Shown piece after piece: positions 59,301 through 64,000 of a stretch of 64,000 nucleotides of DNA. The notes beneath the pieces were generated by a model. That model saw only the letters and a list, made by a program, of their open reading frames with translations, was not told where the DNA came from and did not search any database. Where the stretch lies: positions 21,330,001 through 21,394,000 of the forward strand of contig CM052818.1 of NCBI GenBank assembly GCA_028534125.1, in the 5' to 3' direction. This DNA is from Lama glama (taxonomy: Eukaryota). The translations under genes and the position numbers were made by a program. Within the stretch, counting starts at the first letter, position 1. Every line of letters starts with the position of its first letter.

Positions 59301-62300
59301 AACAACTTCACCGACTGTCTTGGTTCCACCCCGAGGATTTCACTGAGAGAACACGTTAGAGGGAATCAGGAAGCAGAGAAAAGGTCACAAATAAGCACCT
59401 CAGGAACAATGAAAGCTTTTCTCTATGCAGCAGTGGGAGAGTTGCTAGAAAAACTGGAAAGGTATTAATCAGAAGTGGCTATAAATCCTCTGGAGTTTTG
59501 CTCTTATAAAACTCCTCAGAGAAAGTCTTGAAGGAAATGCAGGTCAAAGCCCAAAAAAGCTCTTGATCAGAGATTGCTGGAGGAAAATCTTCCCAGACGC
59601 CGTTTAATAGGCAGCAATCACCCCAGGAGTGGGGAAGCCAAGTACGCTTGAAACATGGTTGCAATTCCTAATAGGTCTTGTCACACTTAAGGCACTGCAA
59701 GCTCCATCCAACGAACAGCTGAAGCTAGCTGGCGATTCATAAAGCCAACAGTTTAAAGTTTATTATGATGAAAGCACTTAATGACAGCCATCGCTAGGGG
59801 CCCATCATTTATAAAGCTGTGCTGAGTATTAGACATGTAGCATGACCACCAATTTTATGTCACAATTGCTACCATAAAATGACCTTTGGTGATTTTTGCT
59901 GCATGTGGTGGACAGCTCTTCCTTCACATTAGTGCTCTGTGGCTTTCTTTGCAGACTATTATGCTGTCTAAAGCTTATTTGGCACTGTCGTGAGCCTCAA
60001 CCCTTGTTATTACCCCGAAGGCCTGTCTGAAAAAAAAAAAATCTCATGCTCTATTACGCCACTCCAATAATTTACAGTTCTTACCAGCCTAGGTTAGTGT
60101 AATATTTTAATGCAAATATGTTTTACCATTGCATTTTATTTAAAACGGTAAAAAAAAAAAAGTTCCCATGCTTCTGGCTAGGGTAATATCGCTTGATGGG
60201 AGTTCACTGAAATCAGCCTCTTATTCCCTGGTCAGGTCTCATTGAATGGGCACTCTTTTCCCTGGTCAGTTAAAAACACCTCCAGGAAAAAAAAAAAAAA
60301 AGGTTAATTAAACTTTCCTTGAGAAAGAGATTTTTTTTTAAAGATCCTGTGTGTGATAAACCTACCTAAGGCAGAAACACCAATTCTTATTTCCCTACAT
60401 CCAGTCCCAATGCAAATTTACATTTGAGTAACATTATTTAATTAGGATTCCATTTTCCAACCTGCTTTGTGTAGTTAGAAAATGTTTGAATACACAGCCA
60501 CTTTACTGCTCTGATGTAAACCGCTGCTGAGAAAGTGGTCTGTCCATGCTACACCACCTTTAAATTGTGTATATAATTTTAAAATGATATAAAATCTGCT
60601 TCTAGTCCCTGAAAAAAAAATACAAGCATGGCACACTGCAATTTTGGAAGGATTTAAAATATGTGATTTCTGCTGGTACTTACTGTATTGGGTTTAATAT
60701 AAAGCTTTTTTCAATAAGGTAAATTGTTACATGACAAACTCATCTTCCACCATTATCATCTGCTGTTTGTGTTTAACAACAGGAGTCCCGCTCTAACAAA
60801 ACTGTTGTAATGGCTGTACAAATTACTCAGCTGAAAGCTTTTCACCAAACAAAACAGTATTAATCAGCAGTTCTTATGAAGGTGCTAATTAAAAACAATT
60901 TTCTTCCTCAGTTTGCAATACTAAAGCCATCTTCACTTGCACAGTTTCCAATATACAGTTACTGTATTTGCTCACTTCAGGCCCTCTATTAACTATTGAA
61001 TCTCCTATTAGCCATTTTATTACATTTCTGTTTGCAAGCTTGTTGACATTTTAAAAGTCATAGTATGATCTGTTTTATCTATTAAAAAATGTATTAATTG
61101 AAAAGTCAGGGGGACAAAAAAGGCAAAATACAGACTCCAAATGAACCAACTTCCAGGGCAGAGAACACAGTGAGCATTTAAGTCACAGCCTGGGCAGTAA
61201 GGTCTCCGGGTAAAACGAAATCTGAGAATTAAAAGTGGCATTTCAGGCTTAATGGCTTGTTAAACACCAACAGGCTCCTTCCTAATTTGGAAATAGTCCA
61301 CTCAGGAAAACATACTTGCCCTCTATCTAAATTCAGTTTCTAAGGAGACTCAGACTGACTTTCTAACCAACTTCACTCTCTGGGATACACTCAGCACAAT
61401 TATGACATTTCATACAGTCTGAAATCAGCAGATTTTGATCTGAGGTGGGAGTGTACCTGGAATCTTTGGAGCCTAGATCGAGGGTCTAAACAGCCTTATC
61501 TTCCCTGTGAGTGTGTGACTGTGCATGTGTCTACATACACACTGACTCCTTCCCCTGTGTGGGCGTCCTGCCCCCACTCCCCTCTGCCTAATTAAAGGGT
61601 CCCACCAGACAATGCCACCAAATTGTTTGGCACAGATTGGAAACAAGTCAAATGCTGACTAAGCACAAAGACTCCACAGAAGCTGGGTTGAGGGAAGGGG
61701 ACCGTCCATTCCTATTTAAAAAAAAAAAAAGTCTAACCCTTAGGAGAAGAAAGTATGCCCCACTTTGGGAGTAGAAAGAAGGAAAAAAAAAAAGCACCAC
61801 CTCCACAATCTCCTGCCTAGGGTATTAAAACCAGGTTCTTCAACTGTCAAAAGCAGTTAACTAGTTTAAGCAAAGACACCTGGCTGTTGAAATAGGGCTC
61901 CAGAGGGCCACTAATCCTTCCATTCACTCAGTTAACTGCTGGATCCCCCAAATTGATTCAACAGGTATGCAGTGGTAAATTCAGCCCATACTGAAGCCAA
62001 AGGGAAAATCAGCAAGGGGCGGGCAGCTCTTCTCTGAAAACACCCGAGGAACCAGCCAGAAAAGCTTTTATGGCCCGACAAGTTTTCTGCTGAATACTGA
62101 GCACCTAAATTACCCTTCCCTAATGGAAGTTACATTTTCATGCTCAGTCAAAAAGCCAACAAAATATACAATTTATACAAAATAGCATCAACCTCTTAGG
62201 TAGTCTTTTCTAGCACTTTTATCCCAATTCAAAGCCTATGTCTTGCTATAAAATAAAATATATTTCTTATAACCAACTTGTATGTGGCTGTTCATATCAC

Positions 62301-64000
62301 CGCGTTAGAACTGACCATGGGCGATCCTAGAACCGTTCTTACCTGCAACCAAATCTACTTAGTATGACAAAGGAGATTCATGAGTTTTATCAGAAGATAC
62401 AGGTACACAGGGAACAGGAATATCGTAATTTCAAAGACAGGCTTTGTTTTGAAACAAACACATGCACAATGACACAGGCAATTATGGAATATGGGGCATT
62501 TCAGTCGCAATTATACACAACTTGGTCCTGATGCAGAGGAATAGCTCTTAATCATAAAGTTCAAAAGAAATGCAAATGGATAAACTTTCTAAAGCAGCTG
62601 TATTCCTCCCCCTCTCAATATTGGCATTTCATTAAAATTTGAGAAAATAAAAGCACTTTTCAATTATTCAATAATATACAACTTTAGCTTCTTACAAACT
62701 TCCAAACAGCCTGGACTAGTGACATTTCCTGGTGAGGATCCCATGAAAAGCAGATCGATGAAACCTTAACATTTCCTTCGAAAACCTTAACACTTTACAA
62801 AAGGTTCTCTAGGTTTTAATCACACAATTGGCATATTTCTTTACTAGGTGTCTTTTGGGAGCAACGACTCAATTCTTATACCCGGTCTCGAGCTTAGGTA
62901 ACTGTACACGTCATCCTCAGATATTTTTTTTTAAACATGACTGGTTTACTTTTTAAGATACAATTTCTCCCAGAAAAATAAACACTGGTTTTCTACATCT
63001 ACAACACACAAATGCAAATTGAATTCTTGCCGATTCATGTATTTTCATGGGAAATGAAATGATGGGGATATTCTCATGGTTCTGCTGCTCTACATTTAAA
63101 AATAAGAACAGATGATCTTAGATGCTACTGCATGCGTGGGTTTTCTTTGTTTGGCAGATTTAGTTGCAGGTTTTACAGAAGAAATCATTTCTCTGTATTT
63201 TCAGCAATATAAATGGAACTACCCGTGTTGCCTTTTTAAAACATTCTGAATTCTAATTTTTAAACAAGAAAATATGAAGCCAGTGTGCAACCTATACAGT
63301 AGCCAAAGGAAAGCTGCCACTAGCTGAACTGCTCAGCTAAATGGCTGGTTTGCATTGCCCTGGTCTTTATCTAGCACTGAGAATAGACTGCTGTTTTATC
63401 CAAAGAGGAATAAATTGCTGTTATTGTGATGTTAGCCCATCACTTGGCATTGCAATTCAAGTTTTTGTGAGAAAGAAATGTATGATCTAACTGCGACTTG
63501 ACCTATGCCTTCCAAGATCCATCTAGGTGCTCTAATGGAGCAGAAAAAGTGGTGAATACAAGGACATGCAAACTGATGGTGAAAAATTTGTTTGATGATA
63601 GAAGTGGGCAGAGAAGACATCTGAGAGTCGCTGTTTTGATGACAGCTAAGTTTGTTTAACATGCAAAAGGATTCGCTCCCCCAGTCTCCCACCTATCACT
63701 TTAATTGTATCACACTCAATCTGCGCTTTGCCTCCACTAAAGATAGGATATATAGCTAACCTAGTAATGACATTACCGCTAAAGTGGGCACAGATGATTC
63801 CTTACAGATAAACATCTGAATTGCCACAGAAGGCGTTAGAGCTTCTCGTGGATGCAAGAGGCAAGGAGAGGCTTGGGTTCCCTGCAGAAAAGTCATCCTG
63901 TCTCAGTCCTAGGTAGCACCTATTAAATGTTTACCATACACTTGCATCACAGCATATAACCATACACTGACTTTACATTAGATAATTGTGTGATTGCGTT

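Noticed and set aside
855..63692. The many 60-175 aa ORFs in the six-frame track
   Set aside because: They show no recognisable domains, many use non-ATG starts, and they overlap repeats or each other. This is the expected background in mammalian non-coding DNA.
1..64000. Assigning a gene name or locus to the window
   Set aside because: The landscape resembles the flank of a developmental transcription-factor gene, but no exon or known miRNA was recognised. A BLAT search is needed.

Overview
This is mammalian (eutherian) non-coding genomic DNA. It is most likely camelid, inferred from a tRNA-Ala(AGC)-derived Vic-1-type SINE and artiodactyl-type L1 3' ends. I cannot support any host protein-coding exon, functional tRNA/rRNA or known miRNA. 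The only recognisable protein fragments in the ORF track are LINE-1 remnants: ORF2 C-termini at 43.4 and 55.9 kb, and an ORF1-like coiled coil at 48.3-48.6 kb. The window is an MIR/L2-rich landscape with old L1M fragments, MaLR LTRs, hAT DNA transposons (Charlie1b-like, MER58B-like, three MER53-like palindromes) and a 100-N assembly gap. It also has two long, apparently transposon-free blocks (about 34.3-41.8 kb, including a CpG island, and about 57-64 kb), plus several short motif-dense islands that look like conserved enhancers of a developmental-gene neighbourhood. I could not identify the locus. The best leads are an orphan CRE/GC-box/TATA promoter at 59.2 kb, a 32-bp-period CCAAT minisatellite at 31.5 kb, a MER53 hairpin with a miR-1302-like arm at 25.1 kb, the orphan CpG island, and clustered octamer motifs. 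There is no convincing evidence of a novel biological system. Repeat subfamily names come from recalled consensus sequences and repeat boundaries are approximate.
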